Below, piece by piece: positions 15,162 through 31,089 of a DNA stretch of 64,000 nt (position 1 is the first letter of the stretch; every line of letters begins with the position of its first letter). The translations under genes and the position numbers were made by a program. Origin of the DNA: Eledone cirrhosa (Eukaryota). Where the stretch lies: assembly GCA_964016885.1 (NCBI GenBank), contig OZ024749.1, positions 22,754,001-22,818,000 on the forward strand, given 5' to 3'. Below the pieces are notes generated by a model that had not been told where the DNA came from, searched no databases, and saw only the letters and a program-made list of their open reading frames with translations.

Positions 15162-15254
15162 TTGTGATAGTACTTTACACGTTTGTATTGTATGTAAACT
15201 TCCCCCTTTGTATTTGTCCCTTTCTTTTGTGCCCCTGTGGCTAATAAAGAAACA
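15162..15254 (+). mobile_element. Extreme 3' end of a Tx1-like LINE within (TATC)n
   Basis: TTTGTATTTGTCCC..CCCTGTGGCTAATAAAGAAA matches the 3' termini of the LINEs at 36792 and 39948. (TATC)n lies on both sides. Confidence 0.65.
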
Positions 15255-15285
15255 TATCTATCTATCTATCAATCTATTTATCTAA

Positions 15286-15375
<90 letters not shown>

Positions 15376-15507
15376 TTCTCTCTATGTATATATATATATA
15401 TATATTTTCAAGCGATGTCAACATGAATGGACCTGTTATTTTTATCTAAAGACATCTTTTCCAATTCCAACCTGCCTGTCTCCTCAATCTATCTTATTCC
15501 TCATTCT

Positions 15508-15545
15508 TTCTTCTGATGAAGGATCAGCGTCCGAAACGTTAATAC
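15508..15545 (+). ncRNA. Minimal hammerhead motif (family D)
   Basis: CTGATGA-A-GGA TCAGCG TCC-GAAACGTT with palindromic stem III and a weak stem I. Degenerate relative at 12360-12395 with similar downstream AAGCGTTAA..TAATATAT. Confidence 0.55.
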
Positions 15546-15641
15546 CCTCTTCCTGCTATATGAAGCGTTAACTTAATATATCCCTTCCATATACTGTACC
15601 GATTGTGTTGTTATTTCTATTTACATGCACACACATATATA

Positions 15642-15683
<42 letters not shown>

Positions 15684-15966
15684 CGTTTCTGAATTTGTTT
15701 AGCAATATTCTTTATCTGAAAAGATGGCGTAGGACAGAACAAAGGAGAGGTACAAAAACAAAGAAAATAATCCCCAGTCACTGAAGAGGTCACATAATGT
15801 GTCACGAAAGAACTTTGACAATATATAAACAACCATCTGGTTATGGAACCAACCAACCAACCGGAAATTTATAAATTCCTAAATTTATAAATTTATTATA
15901 ATAAAGAAGTGAAAGCAACTCGTGCATGTGTTTCTTATTGGCAACATGACCCTCCCAAAGTATAGC

Positions 15967-15999
<33 letters not shown>

Positions 16000-17559
16000 G
16001 TAGACCTTTATGTATGTATATATATTAGAAAGAGTTCGGGACCAACGGCTGAGCTCGTGCTGTTTCGAGAGCATATTCAAGACACTGGAATTAGCCATCA
16101 AAACGGCAATAACTCAACCGTCAGGGCCCGAATCTTTTTAATATAGAAAAACTCTACTCTACCAAGTATCGAGTACACTGCTGAATAATAGCCTGACTAG
16201 TTTAAAACTGGGAAATTACTGGTATACACACGCACACACACATATATATATTTATATATATATATATATATATATATAAAGAGGATAACAAGATATCGAT
16301 TTAGGTAATCCAAATAGAGGTTGCGAATACTTCTTATCATGGATAGTTGTAGCGTACGGCGTTGTATGACTCAACAAGAGGTTTACGTAGATGTCGAGTT
16401 TATGATTTCACTTGTATTCCTATGTAAGTTTATCTTGGAGTAATAAAATTGAAAAAATTGAGAATCACATGGTCAACAATACAAACAAGGAGGTTTATTT
16501 ACAGTCTAACAATTGTTTCACTGATAGAGTTGTCTAAAAATTGCATATTTATATACACTCTTTTTCTTTTCTCTAACGACATCTCCACTATGCGTCTTTA
16601 TATATATGCATATTTGCATTTTTTTTTTCTAGCGATCGACTTTCATCAAATCGGACCGAGGAAACAATGTTTCCGTTGGTCTTTCCAATTGCTAATACTA
16701 TCTATCGGTCGCAACTCCAGGTAGAAGGAGCAACGTGAAATAAAGTGTCTTGCTCAAGGACATAACGCATCGCCTGGTCCAGGAATCGAACTCACAACTT
16801 CACGATTGCGAATCCAATTCTCTAACCACTCAGCCACACGCCTTCACATCACTAGAAAAATATTTGCATATATATCACGTCTGACCAGCATTTACTCTAA
16901 AACAGGAAGAACACGTCTACACCGCGGCATTACCTTAAACAACGGAGATGAATGGAGATTCTTCACTCCTCCCGCTTAGAGTGAAACCTTTGTGTGTCTT
17001 TATGATTGAACAACCATGAGTAAGCTGGTGTTTCCTTGTCGCAGAATTGCACCGAAATGCCTGCTGCTCTGAAAAGTTTGCCGTCCTGAATTGCATTTTA
17101 AAATGACATTGAGTGAAAACAGTACCAACACATGACATTTTCTAATTCTGAATATTTGCAACCTCTTATCTAGCAATAATCAAAATCTGAATCAAATGAT
17201 CTCAAGATTACAAATATTGCAGTTTTTAAGTCTTCTTCGTCTTGCGTATGTGTTGGTGTCATGTTGTTGTGGTTCGTCTGATCAAGGTCAGAGGTTAGTG
17301 GTTAGGGATCTGTTACTAGAGACCACCACAAGGACGTCGAGAAACTCAAACCCCTAAGTTTTCAATATAGTAATACTTTTCCTATATGCATCGTAATTTA
17401 GACTGGCTAATCCAGCTGGTATTCCTAGTTGAGGTTTTTCACAAACACATTCGCCATTTTGTAGTCGAGGTGAACCTGGGTGTGTTGTCCAGCTGAGAGT
17501 GTCGTCTTTGTTCCCACCACATCTATAAGTTATCTGATAAAAAAAAAAAATATCTAAAA

Positions 17560-18622
17560 GGTATGTGATATAAAGCTGTATTTCTGAAAGATTCATAGAA
17601 ACAGTGAACGAATGTTACTTTAGGTGACATCCATCTATATCATCTAAAATTTACATCAACAGTATCTGATTAAAGGATCACACTTTTCGAAGATTCACAA
17701 AAGAAGAGAACGAATGTTATTTCAGCTAAAGTCCCAAAGGAACACATTTACCGAAGATTCAAAGAAGAAAAGAGAGTATGGTACTTCAGATACCGTCAAA
17801 ATATGTAATCTAAAATTTACTTCAAAAGTATTTGAATAAAAGATCACATTTACCGAAGATTCACAGAATCAAAGAACATATAGTACTTCAGATGACGTCC
17901 AAGTATGCAATCTAAAATTTACTTTAAAAATATATGATTAATGGATCACACTTCCCGAAGGTTCACAGAAGCAAAGAACGTACGTTATATCAGATGATGT
18001 CCAAAAGGATCATATTTTTCGAAGATTTACAGAAGAAACGAATGTATTGTTTCTTCAGATGACGTCAAAATATATCATCTAACATTTAAAACAGTATGTA
18101 ATTAAAGGATCACACTTCCCGAAGATTCATAGAAGCAAAAAACGCATGTTCATTTAGATGGTGTCCAAAAGGATCACATTTTTCGAAGATTCACAGAAGC
18201 AAAGAATGTATTGTTTCTTCAGATGACGTTCAAATGTGTCATCTAACATTTACTTTAATTAATGGATCACACTTCCCAAAGGTTCACAGAAGCAAAGAAT
18301 GTATTATTTCTTCAGATGACGTTCAAATATACAATCTAAAATTTGCTTTCACAGTTTCTGATTAAGATGGTTGGATAACATACACGGGCTTGGGTGGTCA
18401 CGCTTGGGGATCCAGTCAGATCAGTTGGAGACAATTGCTTCTGACAGGATCCGTTAGAAGGAGTGTTTAAAGACTCTGCCTCTCCAAGACCCTCTCAGTG
18501 GTCGAAGAAGAAGAAGTATCTGATTAAAGGCTTACATTTCCCGAAGATTCACAGAATCAAAGAACATATGATACTTCAGATTATGTCCAAATATGCCATC
18601 TAAAATGTCCTTCAACAGTATC
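17560..18622. repeat. Degenerate tandem repeat (alternating ~65 and ~120-bp units)
   Basis: Recurrent GGATCACA..CGAAGATTCACAGAAGCAAAGAA..CTTCAGATGACGTC. Confidence 0.85.
18366..18514 (+). mobile_element. RTE-clade LINE 3' end with (GAA)n tail and 13-bp TSD
   Basis: Encodes RWLDNIHGLGWSRLGIQSDQLETIASDR (RTE/Expander-type C-terminus). Flanked by AGT(T/A)TCTGATTAA at 18353-18365 and 18515-18527. Confidence 0.75.
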
Positions 18623-18624
18623 TA

Positions 18625-19192
18625 TCGTATTTCCCGGCGTCGAAGACACTACTTTTTTCATAAAATAAGTCTCAAAAATCTACCATGCGTCCTGGAGAGC
18701 GAAGATTGTTTATTATTTTTTAAAAAAATTTTGGTTATCTAAATTAGGGTGCGTACTCAAAGACAAAGCGTCTTCTGTGCTCTTTTGTTCAAACCAGTTG
18801 TAACTAGCTGCTCATATTTATGTAAAGGTATTGTTCTCAAAATAAATATCAAAATCTTGTAGATTCAATATTATGTGAGATAATTATGTGAAATAAAGTC
18901 TTTACTGTGAAATTACAATAGTAAATATAGAGTAATATAAATGGAGAAGGGTTAATATTTACTAACTAATCTGCATTGTAGTGGCTTCCGAAACATGCCT
19001 ACTTTCAGCATTTTTAATTACCGTATTTCTCTACATCGAAGACGCTACGTTTTTCCTCAAATAAGTCTTAAAAAAATCTACTATGCGTTCTGGAGGCTGA
19101 AGGTGGTTTATAATTTCTTTTCAAATTTTGGGTTATCAAAATTAGGGTGCGTTCTCGAGGACAAACTGTTTTCGGTGCTGGGAAATACGGTA
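18625..19192. mobile_element. Tc1/mariner-superfamily (Tc2/pogo-like) MITE 19021-19190 with an upstream partial duplicate
   Basis: TA-CCGTATTTC...GAAATACGG-TA termini. 18625-18780 repeats the left part. Confidence 0.7.
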
Positions 19193-19964
19193 ATTATAGG
19201 ATTGGACATGATTTCAGGTATAAAAACCTTGAGCAATGTAGATCCAAATCACACATACACTCCTATGGTATCGATATTTTTAAACAATGGTATCTTATTT
19301 CTTTTGCTTTTCAATTTCATAATTTGTTATCCAGTTGAATTAATTTCCTTATAGCTGTTGGTGATATTTTTCGCAATGAATGTTTGGCAGTTGCAAATAG
19401 CAGGATCGTATATTTCCATGCTCTCCTAAGAAGGCATAATGATGTATTTCGAGTTGGTGAATATCATATCATGTTTGGTTAGTGATGGATTTGTTATGCC
19501 CCGAAACATGGCTATGTATTGAGAAACATCGCACCCTTTCTACATCAGCCTTAAAACATCTCTTCATTCATATTCTTGTCATCTGTCTTTCTCTCTAACT
19601 ACGTATGTATGTATCTACCCTTATGTAAGTGTGTATGTATGTACGAGAGTATACATACATATATATGTATGTATATATTTATGTATGTTACTATACATAC
19701 ATATATACATGCATCTAAAGACTGATGTCTGCCTTAAGCCAGAAGGCTCATATGGCCGGTGTTTATCCTGGTTTCATGGCGTGAAGCGACTGAGATTAAA
19801 GACTTCCCCCAGGATAGGACACCAGTCCATCGCAGGATTAAACCCCCAGCTATTGCTGTTCTCATGTTTAGCCGAGTATATTGGAGCAGCTTGAAATGAA
19901 GTGTTTTACTCAAGAACACAACACGCAACCCAAGAATCGAACAAACGACATTATGATGGTAAAT

Positions 19965-20015
<51 letters not shown>

Positions 20016-20148
20016 TAGATAGATAGATATAGGAAAAGAGTCAGGACCCCGACGGCTGAACTCCGGCCGTTTCGACACTCTACTACCCAAAGTATAGAGT
20101 ACTCTGGTGCGTCGTGGTCCACCTAGTTCCTTACCACACTTCCTTCGT

Positions 20149-20190
<42 letters not shown>

Positions 20191-20225
20191 CACACACATA
20201 TATATATTAATATATATTTGTTTGA

Positions 20226-20296
<71 letters not shown>

Positions 20297-20751
20297 TGTA
20301 TACATATATATATATTCAGAGTGAAGAGTTATACAAAATACCTCTACGCTGAATTGAAAAACCATTCAGAATAATTTTGCTTTACATTCCAGTGTTCCTA
20401 GATCGATGTAATAAGACATTAGGACTATGTATCGATTGATGTTGACTGTGAAGGATTTTACCCTGCATAGTTATCTCCTAATAAAATCTGCAAATTAATA
20501 TATAACTAGAATATATTTTTAGAGAGAGAAGGGCTAGGTAAGGTTACATATAGACAGGAGAGAGAGAGAGAAATTGTGAGGGAGAAATATAGAAAAACGA
20601 CAAAGACAAATAGAGAGGGAGAAAAAGACAGCGGGGTAAGAAAGAGAGAGAAAATATGAGAAAGAGAGAGAGTAGGGGAGAAAGATGTACAGTTATATTA
20701 GACCTGGCATTCTGCATACTGACTGTAACATATTGTTTTGTAATAGTAATA

Positions 20752-20786
<35 letters not shown>

Positions 20787-21260
20787 GATCGATCGACTTT
20801 CGTCAAATCGGACAGAGGAAACAATTCTCTAACCACTCAACCACACGCCTTCACATATATATATATAAATATTATATATATATATATATGGATTGGCAGT
20901 ATCAGTAGAGGGTCGGACGCCATGCTTTCCAGCATAGTTACGTCCCTTTACGATCTGAGTTCAAATCCCGCCGAGGTTGACTTTGCCTTTCATCCTTACG
21001 GGGTCGATAAAATAAAGTTACAGTAATGCACTGGGTAATTGCTAGCCTTGTGTCTAAAGTAGAAACAATTATATATATATATAAATGTATATTTACATAC
21101 ATATGCATAAATATTATATACACATATATGTATACATACATATAAATATTATATATAAATGAGAGGTATAGAAATTGTTTTAGCGAGAAGCTAATAGTAT
21201 TCTATAACATATATATAAATATTATATATATATATATATTGATAGATAGATAGGTAGAGG

Positions 21261-21293
<33 letters not shown>

Positions 21294-21710
21294 GGAGAGA
21301 GGGAGTAAGAGAGAGGGAGTTAGAACGTGAGTGAGCTGGTCTCTGGGAGCAAACATAATGGATGGATAATGTTTTAATGTGCATTGCATGATTGCATATA
21401 TATATGTATATACATGTATATATATATATGTATGTTTGTTTCTTTATGTGTAAGTACGTACTTAGAACTATGAATGTTTGTCCATCAATTAAGTGCTTCT
21501 AATAGTTAGAGGTTAGATATATTTCTGGAATTGTTGGCTTTTTCTTGTTTGTTTAGCCCAGGAGAGTCACGGTCAAAATGGCGTATTTGATGTAGTATTT
21601 TGTATGTTCTTATTTCATGTGGGGGGGGGGGGGAACATGTGGACATGGACAGTTGCAAGATAAGAGCGCTTTCTAAAAGCATGTTTGTGTCTAGTATTAT
21701 AAACACACAA

Positions 21711-21766
<56 letters not shown>

Positions 21767-21802
21767 GTACATATATAAATATCTCTCTGTGTATATTCAT
21801 AT

Positions 21803-21865
<63 letters not shown>

Positions 21866-21972
21866 TGTATATATATACGTATATATATATACATATATAT
21901 ATATATGATATATACATGTGTATATATATACATGTATATATGTATGAATATATATATATACATATATGTATA

Positions 21973-22105
<133 letters not shown>

Positions 22106-22254
22106 CTATATATCTATATATACATATATATATATAGTCACATTGAAATATGGAAATGACAGTGGACGTAAAATGGATCACCTTAGTGCATATAAGTGCA
22201 CAAGTGATAGTTTCTAATGGACATTTCTTCTCAAGCCTGATGGCTTACATAATG

Positions 22255-22588
22255 TAACAACAGCAACAGCGACAACAGCAACATCACCACCAACAGTGAC
22301 AGCAGCAAAAAACAACAACAGCTACAACAGAAACAATAATAGCAACAGCATCAGCAGTAACAGTAGAAGCAGCAACAACAATAGCGTAAACAGTTACAAC
22401 TGCAAGAACACCAGCTGCAGTAACAACAACAGCAGCAACAACAGCAGCAACAACAGCATCAGCAACAGCAGCAGCAGCAACAACAGCAACAACAACAGCA
22501 ACAACAACAACAGCAACAACATCAGCAACAACAACAGCAGCAACAACAGCAACACCAACAGCAGCACCAACAGCAGCAGCAACAACAG

Positions 22589-22623
<35 letters not shown>

Positions 22624-22828
22624 ACAACAGCAAAAACAACAGCAACAACAACAGCAGCACCAACAGCAGCAGCCACATCAGCAGCAGCAACAACAGCAAA
22701 AACAACAGCAACAACAACAGCAGCAACAAGAACAGCAACAACAGCATCAACAACAACAACAGCAACAACAACAGCAACAACAACAACAGCAACAACATCA
22801 GCAACAACAACAGCAACAACAACAACAA

Positions 22829-22860
<32 letters not shown>

Positions 22861-23726
22861 ACAAAAACAACAACAACAACAGCAAAAACACAACAGCAAC
22901 AACAAGATCAACAACAACAGCAACAACAACAACAGCAACACCAACAACAGCAACAACAACAGCAACAACAACAGCAACAGCAGCAACAACAACAACAGCA
23001 ACAACAACAGCAACAACAACAACAGCAACAACAGCCACAACAACAACATCAACAACAACAGCAACAACAACAGCAACAACAACACCAACAACAACAACAG
23101 CACAACAGCAACAACACCAGCAACAACAACGGCAACAACAACAGCAACAACAACACCAACACCAACAACAGCAACAACAGCAACAACAACAGCAACACCA
23201 ACGGCAACACAACATCAACAACGGCAACAACAACACCAACACCAACAACAGCAACAACAACACCACCAACAACAACAGCAACAACAGCAACAACAACAGC
23301 AACACCAACGGCAACACAACATCAACAACAGCAACAACAACACCAACACCAACAACAGCAACAACACCAATAACAACAACAGCAACAACAGCAACAACAA
23401 CACCATCAACAACAACAGCAACAACAACAGCAACAACAACAGCAACAACAACAACAACAACAGCAACAACAGCAGCAGCAACAGCAGCAATACAGCAGCA
23501 ACAACAGCAGGAATGGATGCTACTACTACTACGACCAACAGGAACACCACCGGCATCACAACCAGCAGTACTACTACTACTTCTACCACCAATACCAACA
23601 CTAATACTATCACCACCACCACCACCACCACCACCAGTACTACTATTACTACTACGACCACTACCATCACCACTACTACTACAACTGCTGCTAAATTACT
23701 ACTACTACGACCATCATCACCACCAG

Positions 23727-23758
<32 letters not shown>

Positions 23759-24045
23759 ATAATAATAATAATAATAATACCACCACTACTACTACTACCA
23801 CCACCACCACTACCACCACGAACACTACCACCACTATTACTACTACATACTCGACTACTACTACTACCACCACCACCACTACCACCACGAACACTACCAC
23901 CACTATTACTACTACAGACTCCATTACTACTACCACCACCACCACCACCACCACCACTACCACCACGACCACTACCACCACTGCCACTACCACTACCACC
24001 ACCACCACCATCATCACCACCACTACCACCACCACTACTACTACA
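22255..24045. repeat. Long (AAC/AGC)n then (ACC/ACT)n low-complexity tract
   Basis: Trinucleotide repeats explain the 487-aa and 307-aa ORFs. Confidence 0.9.
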
Positions 24046-24482
24046 TGAGTAACAGGAGAATACATATAACTGATGTAAGAGAGAGAGGAAAGAATGTGAA
24101 TGGATTGTAACAAAACAACGATGTAAAGATGTAATATATTGTTACAATAATATTGATACTATTGATAATATTGATAATAATAGTAATAAAAGGAACAAAA
24201 AGGAACAAAAAGTCGTATTAGATTTAATATTAGTAGTAGTAGTAATAGTATTATTAGTAGTGTTTCTCGTTGTTGTGGAAGTTGTAGTGATACACTCTTC
24301 GTTTTATTATCAGTTCATATCCATATTAGCAACAGAGCAGACGCCTAAGTGCAATACTTCTTCAATGCACAAAATTGCCCGTCTGAGATGTGGCTGATGA
24401 GGTAGAAATGCAGTTGCCTGTTAGCTTTAAGAAGTGCAAGAAACGGTAAAAATGAGGAAACAACGAGGAGAAAGATACCACA

Positions 24483-24554
<72 letters not shown>

Positions 24555-24835
24555 GAAAATAGTCAGTATCCCGGCGGCTGTCGAAGCGGCCGGAGCTCAC
24601 TCTTTTCCTATTACCCACTCAACTACCTAACGTATTGAGTAATCTGGTGCATTATGGCCCACCTGGTATCTTACCACACCCTCTTTGTCATATATATACA
24701 CACACACATAAATATATATATATATATATAAATATACTGGATTTGTATTTATTAATACTATATATATATATATTTAAAAATATATATATATGTGTGTGTG
24801 AGTGTACATACACTAAGGAACAAACACACACGTAA

Positions 24836-24880
<45 letters not shown>

Positions 24881-25339
24881 CATATATACGTTTTTACAAC
24901 TTGAGAAAATCCCGCTGAGTGTCGCCACGGTAAGTGAGTGCAGAGAAAATAAATTACAGCTCATAAATTCTAATTTATCCAGTAATTCTAGCTGACATGT
25001 TATAAGGGAAGGGTATGATTTACTTATAACCAACCATCAATTTCATACATTTATACCGCCCCTCAAAATTGCAGTTATATTTTTTCCATGAATTTACATG
25101 GTGTGTATGTATATACACACATATATATATATATATATATATGTCTGTGTGTATGTGTGTGTGTGTGTGTGTATGTGTGTGTGTATTGTTTCCTAAAATT
25201 TGACTCTTGTTTTCTTTTGTTTTTCGTTAATAAATCATTTTTATAGATATATATGGTGTGTCTACATACATAGATATATACATACATATATATTATGAAA
25301 TAATGTTGGCTTCACGCTCACAATAATTTCTATACTTTC

Positions 25340-25408
<69 letters not shown>

Positions 25409-25467
25409 GTCGCATATATGTTATAGAATGCCGTTAGTTTCTTGCTAAAACAATCTCTATACCTCTC

Positions 25468-25510
<43 letters not shown>

Positions 25511-25609
25511 ATCATGTATATATATCTGTATGAATACATGCAGAAATATATATATATTTATTCATATATATATATATATATATATGTATATGTGTGTGTG
25601 TGTATATTC

Positions 25610-25672
<63 letters not shown>

Positions 25673-26007
25673 TATATACATATATGTATATATATATATA
25701 AATATATGTATATATATATATATGTAGAAATATATATATATATTGCTAAGGTGTTACTATTGTAGTTTGTTTTATTTTATTATCAATGTTTTTTGTTACA
25801 TTAAGACGTTGTATGTATTTCATCAAATGTTTTTGTTTGGTTTTCCTTCTGTATTTTCCACTATAGTATGTAGTATATGTTATATGTGATTAGGCTCAAC
25901 ATATATTTTGTTTTTTCTGCCATTGCCTTTTTAAATATTTACACAGTATACAGTTATATTTCCATTCTGTTCACAGCTATTAATGTTTTTTATAAACCTA
26001 TATGCTA

Positions 26008-26830
26008 TACGAAGGTGGACTGAAAGGTTTATAGACTGACTATGAAGGAGGGATGCTAGAGCTGTGAAATCTTGCATGCATTAATTGCAACTCTTCTAGC
26101 GAGGATCGGCTGAAAGATTCATAGGCTGACTAAGAAGGAGTGATACTATGGCTGTTAAATCTAGCATGCATTAATTGCTACTCTTCTAGCGAGGTTCGGC
26201 TGAAAGGTTCATAGGCTGACTATGAAGGAGTGATGCTAGGGCTGTGAAATCTTGCATGCATTAATTGCTATTCTTCTAGCGAGGGTCGACTGAAAGGTTC
26301 ATAGGCTGACTATGAAGGAGTGATGCTAGAGCTGTGAAATATTGCATGCACTAATTTTAACTCTTCTTATTAATAACTGCATTGTTTCATTCTAGGGACT
26401 ATGTTGAAAAAATAAACGTCATTTGGTCATTCCATGAGAGTATCTTGGTTAGATTCTACTTTGTAATGTATGTGTTTTTCATTCACCACCTCCACCCCCA
26501 CACATATACAAGAGTGGGCTGAAAAGTTAATAGGCTAACTATGAAGGAGTGATGTTAGAGCTGTGAAAACATTCATGCATTAATTTCAACTCTTCCTACA
26601 AGGGCCAGGGGAAATACATAGGTTAATTATGAAAGAATGATGCTAAAGCTGCGAGATCTTGCATGCATTAATTTTAATATGTAGAGTGATGAAGGAGTGA
26701 TGCTAGAGCTATGAAAACATTCATGCATTAATTTCAAGTCTTCCTACAAGGGTCAGGGGAAATACATAGGCTAATTATGAAAGAATGATGCTAAAGCTGC
26801 GAGATCTTGCATGCATTAATTTTAATATGT
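26008..26830 (+). repeat. Tandem array of ~91-bp units starting with a mariner-like TIR
   Basis: Units begin (TA)CGAGGGTCGGCTGAAAGGTTCATAGGCTGAC. Four adjacent copies at 26008-26370, then further diverged units. Confidence 0.7.
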
Positions 26831-27120
26831 ATATATATATATAAATATAATTTCAGCGAGATCGGATTTCGGCTGTGGTCGAAAACAAAGCGAAATGCAA
26901 TATCCGAAACGTAATATAGAAATTGAGAAATATCCCGAATGAAACAGTTCTAGTCCTGTAGGAGCCATTTCTATATTAAATATATATTAACACTATCTTT
27001 ATAATAAGAGTATCTTTTCAATAATGTCACTTTGACGAATCAAAAAAAAGAAATACAGACATTTAAACATATCTCCCGTCTTATTTCCAACTTCATCTTC
27101 TCACTCTCTCTCTCTCTCTC

Positions 27121-27207
<87 letters not shown>

Positions 27208-27800
27208 TTGTGTGTGTTCGTACGCATTTACATGGGGGGGGGGTGATATCAGTCATTAAAGCCAACATCATACAAAGTGAGACAAAGCAAGTATTATCAA
27301 TCTATAACTATATGAAAAAATGAAATTAGGTGTCATCTTTAGATTAGATACTATATCATATAAATAAATGAAAATTTGAAAAAAATATATTCCTTTTTCA
27401 ATTTTGACGAAGCAGATATGAAAGCTAAGCTAAAGTAAAACTTATTGCACAGTTTATTTTACTATTTTATAGTACCAAGATAGATTATGAACTGAGTAAA
27501 ACTATACACATACGCATACACATATCTACATATACACACGTAGGCACTCATACGACATATATATATATAACTGTTTCTACTTTTTGGCACAAGGCCTGCA
27601 ATTACCCAGTGCATTACTGGAACTTTATTTTATCGAACACGTAAGGATGAAAGGCAAAGTTAACCTAGGCGGGATTTGAACTCAGAATGCCAAGGGCGTC
27701 CGACCCTCTACCAATACTGCCAATATGTGTGAGTGTGTGTGCAAATGTATGGTGTGTATGTATTTATGTATGTACATGTTTGTGTTTATATCAATCTATA

Positions 27801-28015
<215 letters not shown>

Positions 28016-28018
28016 TAT

Positions 28019-28166
<148 letters not shown>

Positions 28167-28369
28167 TTATGTGATGAAGATATGCAACTATTTATCTATG
28201 TTGACTTTTGTAGACATGATATAATCAAATATGAGATCTTACATATGGTTTAAAAACTAGAAGAAATAGATAAGGTTTTTTTTTTAATACTTTACTCGTT
28301 TTAAAAATTATGATAGAGACATTTCTTAATGAAGTCCTATTGAAGGTAGATATGTGTACACAGACACGG

Positions 28370-28408
<39 letters not shown>

Positions 28409-28457
28409 TACACACATATATATATATACATATACACACACACACATATATATATAT

Positions 28458-28498
<41 letters not shown>

Positions 28499-28764
28499 CT
28501 CACACATACACACAAATATATATATATATATGTATATACACACGCACAAACATATATATATATATACACACACACACACATATATATATTATTAATACAT
28601 GCTTGTAAGTGCATGTGTGTATGACAGACAGACAGACACACACACAGACACACACTTACACACACATATATATGTGTAAAATTTAAACAGAAATAACAAA
28701 ACAAATGGTACAGTATGTGGAAGGAATATATTATATACGTATATATATATATGAAAGAAATGTA

Positions 28765-28835
<71 letters not shown>

Positions 28836-29075
28836 ATATATATATATATATATATATAATATATATGTATATACAGTATATAAGTAAATTTGTGCACCTT
28901 TGCATTAATGAACACACAAGCGCATCTCTATTTGAGAGTGTTTACTCATTTACGACCTATCCCAATAGAGGAAAAAATGTCGCAACACACTTTACTGAAA
29001 TAATACTATAGTTGCGATTTTATAATACATTCTATATATATATATATATATTTTCCTATAAATATATATATATTT

Positions 29076-29123
<48 letters not shown>

Positions 29124-29127
29124 CCCT

Positions 29128-29162
<35 letters not shown>

Positions 29163-29319
29163 TATATATATTTCCCTGGATTTCACTAAATTCTGTAGCT
29201 GAACCTATATCCTGATTCTCTTTGAGATGAGTTTGAATTATTTTTCCCACATCTTACGTTAACTATTTTTCCCATTTTGACGTTATAGTCACTTATATAT
29301 CATGGAATACTGTTGGCTT

Positions 29320-29390
<71 letters not shown>

Positions 29391-29510
29391 TATATAAATA
29401 GTATTTATTTATAGATAAATAGTATACACACACACACACGCACACACACATGTATATATATATATATACATGTATCTATATATATGTATATATATATATA
29501 TGTCTCTCTA

Positions 29511-29562
<52 letters not shown>

Positions 29563-30819
29563 TGTGCGTGTGTATGTTTATATATATACATACATTGATG
29601 GCATTGTCATATTATTTAACGTGTGAGGTTCATGATGTCGGAAAAATACACGCACTAAAAAATTGGCGGATTTTAGTCTTTTATGGATGTTCTGATATAA
29701 AATGAACAAAAAACTGCAATAAAAATTGATGGAACTAAGATATATAATGAAGGTTGAAGACCAACAGAAAATAAAAATAAGATTATTCTAATTGAAGAAT
29801 TTAAGAAAAAGTCTGTTTTGGGAAATTTCATTTTATTGTTGATGTTCCTGTCGTAATTTTATAACAGTATATACTGTGAATTGTGACTCAGCACAAATTG
29901 TCTCAGTTTTTATATTTTTTCATTCATTAAACTCATGTTATATCATATTCGATGGCGTCGAATTGGCAGAGTTGTTAGAAGTTCGGATAGAACGCTTTAT
30001 TACATTCGTTCCGGTTCTCTGTTCGCGGATTTCAAATCCCACATTTCTTCCTTTCGAGGTCGATAGAAAAATTACCAGTCTATTCCGGGAGTTGATTATT
30101 CCTCTATATCTCTAGAATCTAGTCCTGAGGTGGATTCTTCCAATGTTTCCTCTTTGTCATTTTCAATATTTTTCTGGAAGAAATCTGCTGTATTCAAGCC
30201 TGGAGAGTAGATGGGAGTCTGCCAGGTTTAAACAACATGCCCTAGAAACGCCGTACATCAATATGGCACCTCTACAATTCCCCCAGGAGTTACGGGCCAC
30301 ACCGTACCATGCTATATCATACTAGAAGGCGTCAAATGTGTAGAGTTGTTAGAACATCTGATAAAATCCTTTGCGGTATTCGTTTCGGCACTTCACTTAG
30401 TTCAAATTACGTCAACCTCAAATTTACTTTTCATCCATTCGGGGCCAATAACAATGTACCAGTGTAACACTGGGGTCGAGTCTTTCTCCATATCTCTTTG
30501 TTACTTGTGTTTTTTAACTCTCTATCCTTCTCTGGAAGAAATCTGCTGTATACAGACCTGGAGACGAGATGGGCTCTGCTAAGTTTAACAAAATGCACCT
30601 AAAACGTTGTATGTCAAGATGGCGCCCATGAGAATTTAAGGGACTATACATGCATAATATTATACACGAAGTATGACAGAATGGTGAAGAATTTCGATAT
30701 ATAATAATTAGCCTCGCGTAGATCTACGCCCTGTGGTTGACAGTGTACACACGCGCACACACACACACACACGCGCGCACACATACACGCACACACACAC
30801 ACACGCGCACACACACACA

Positions 30820-31060
30820 ACCGTGGAACGGAAAGATGATCATGCCGTTTGGCCTTTTGCCGTCCCCTCGTTCCAGCCCCACTGGCTCCAGCTGGGAGGG
30901 GAAGCCTGCTACATCCAAGCCATGCTTGATGACCTCGTTGATGGGCAGCATGGTGTGGAAGGCGGCTGGTACTGTAGCAACAGGAAAGCGGGTGGAGGCC
31001 GAAAGAGTCCACGGTGGATCCTCAGCGACGTTTCTGACACACGTTCTGGTGAGGATAGAC
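30820..31060 (-). pseudogene. CRE-like non-LTR retrotransposon fragment (Zn knuckle and RLE endonuclease start)
   Basis: Frameshifted VDSFGLHPLSC..RLPHHAA / INEVIKHGLDVAGFPSQLEPVGLERGDGKRPNGMIIFPF (KRPDG motif). Abuts (CA)n. Confidence 0.75.
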
Positions 31061-31089
31061 TTTTGAATTACTTTTTCATACACATCATC

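Noticed and set aside
16935-17138. 67-aa non-repetitive ORF near a donor-like site
   Set aside because: No recognisable motif, and all frames are closed before the donor.
17560-18622. Tandem repeat as a CRISPR array or tandem-HHR satellite
   Set aside because: Degenerate units without unique spacers in a eukaryotic context; the CTGAAG and GAAA words lack a supporting stem II.
22284-24113. Long ORFs (487, 307 and 179 aa) rich in N/S/T/Q/L
   Set aside because: Pure trinucleotide repeats open in several frames on both strands; no domain or splice evidence.
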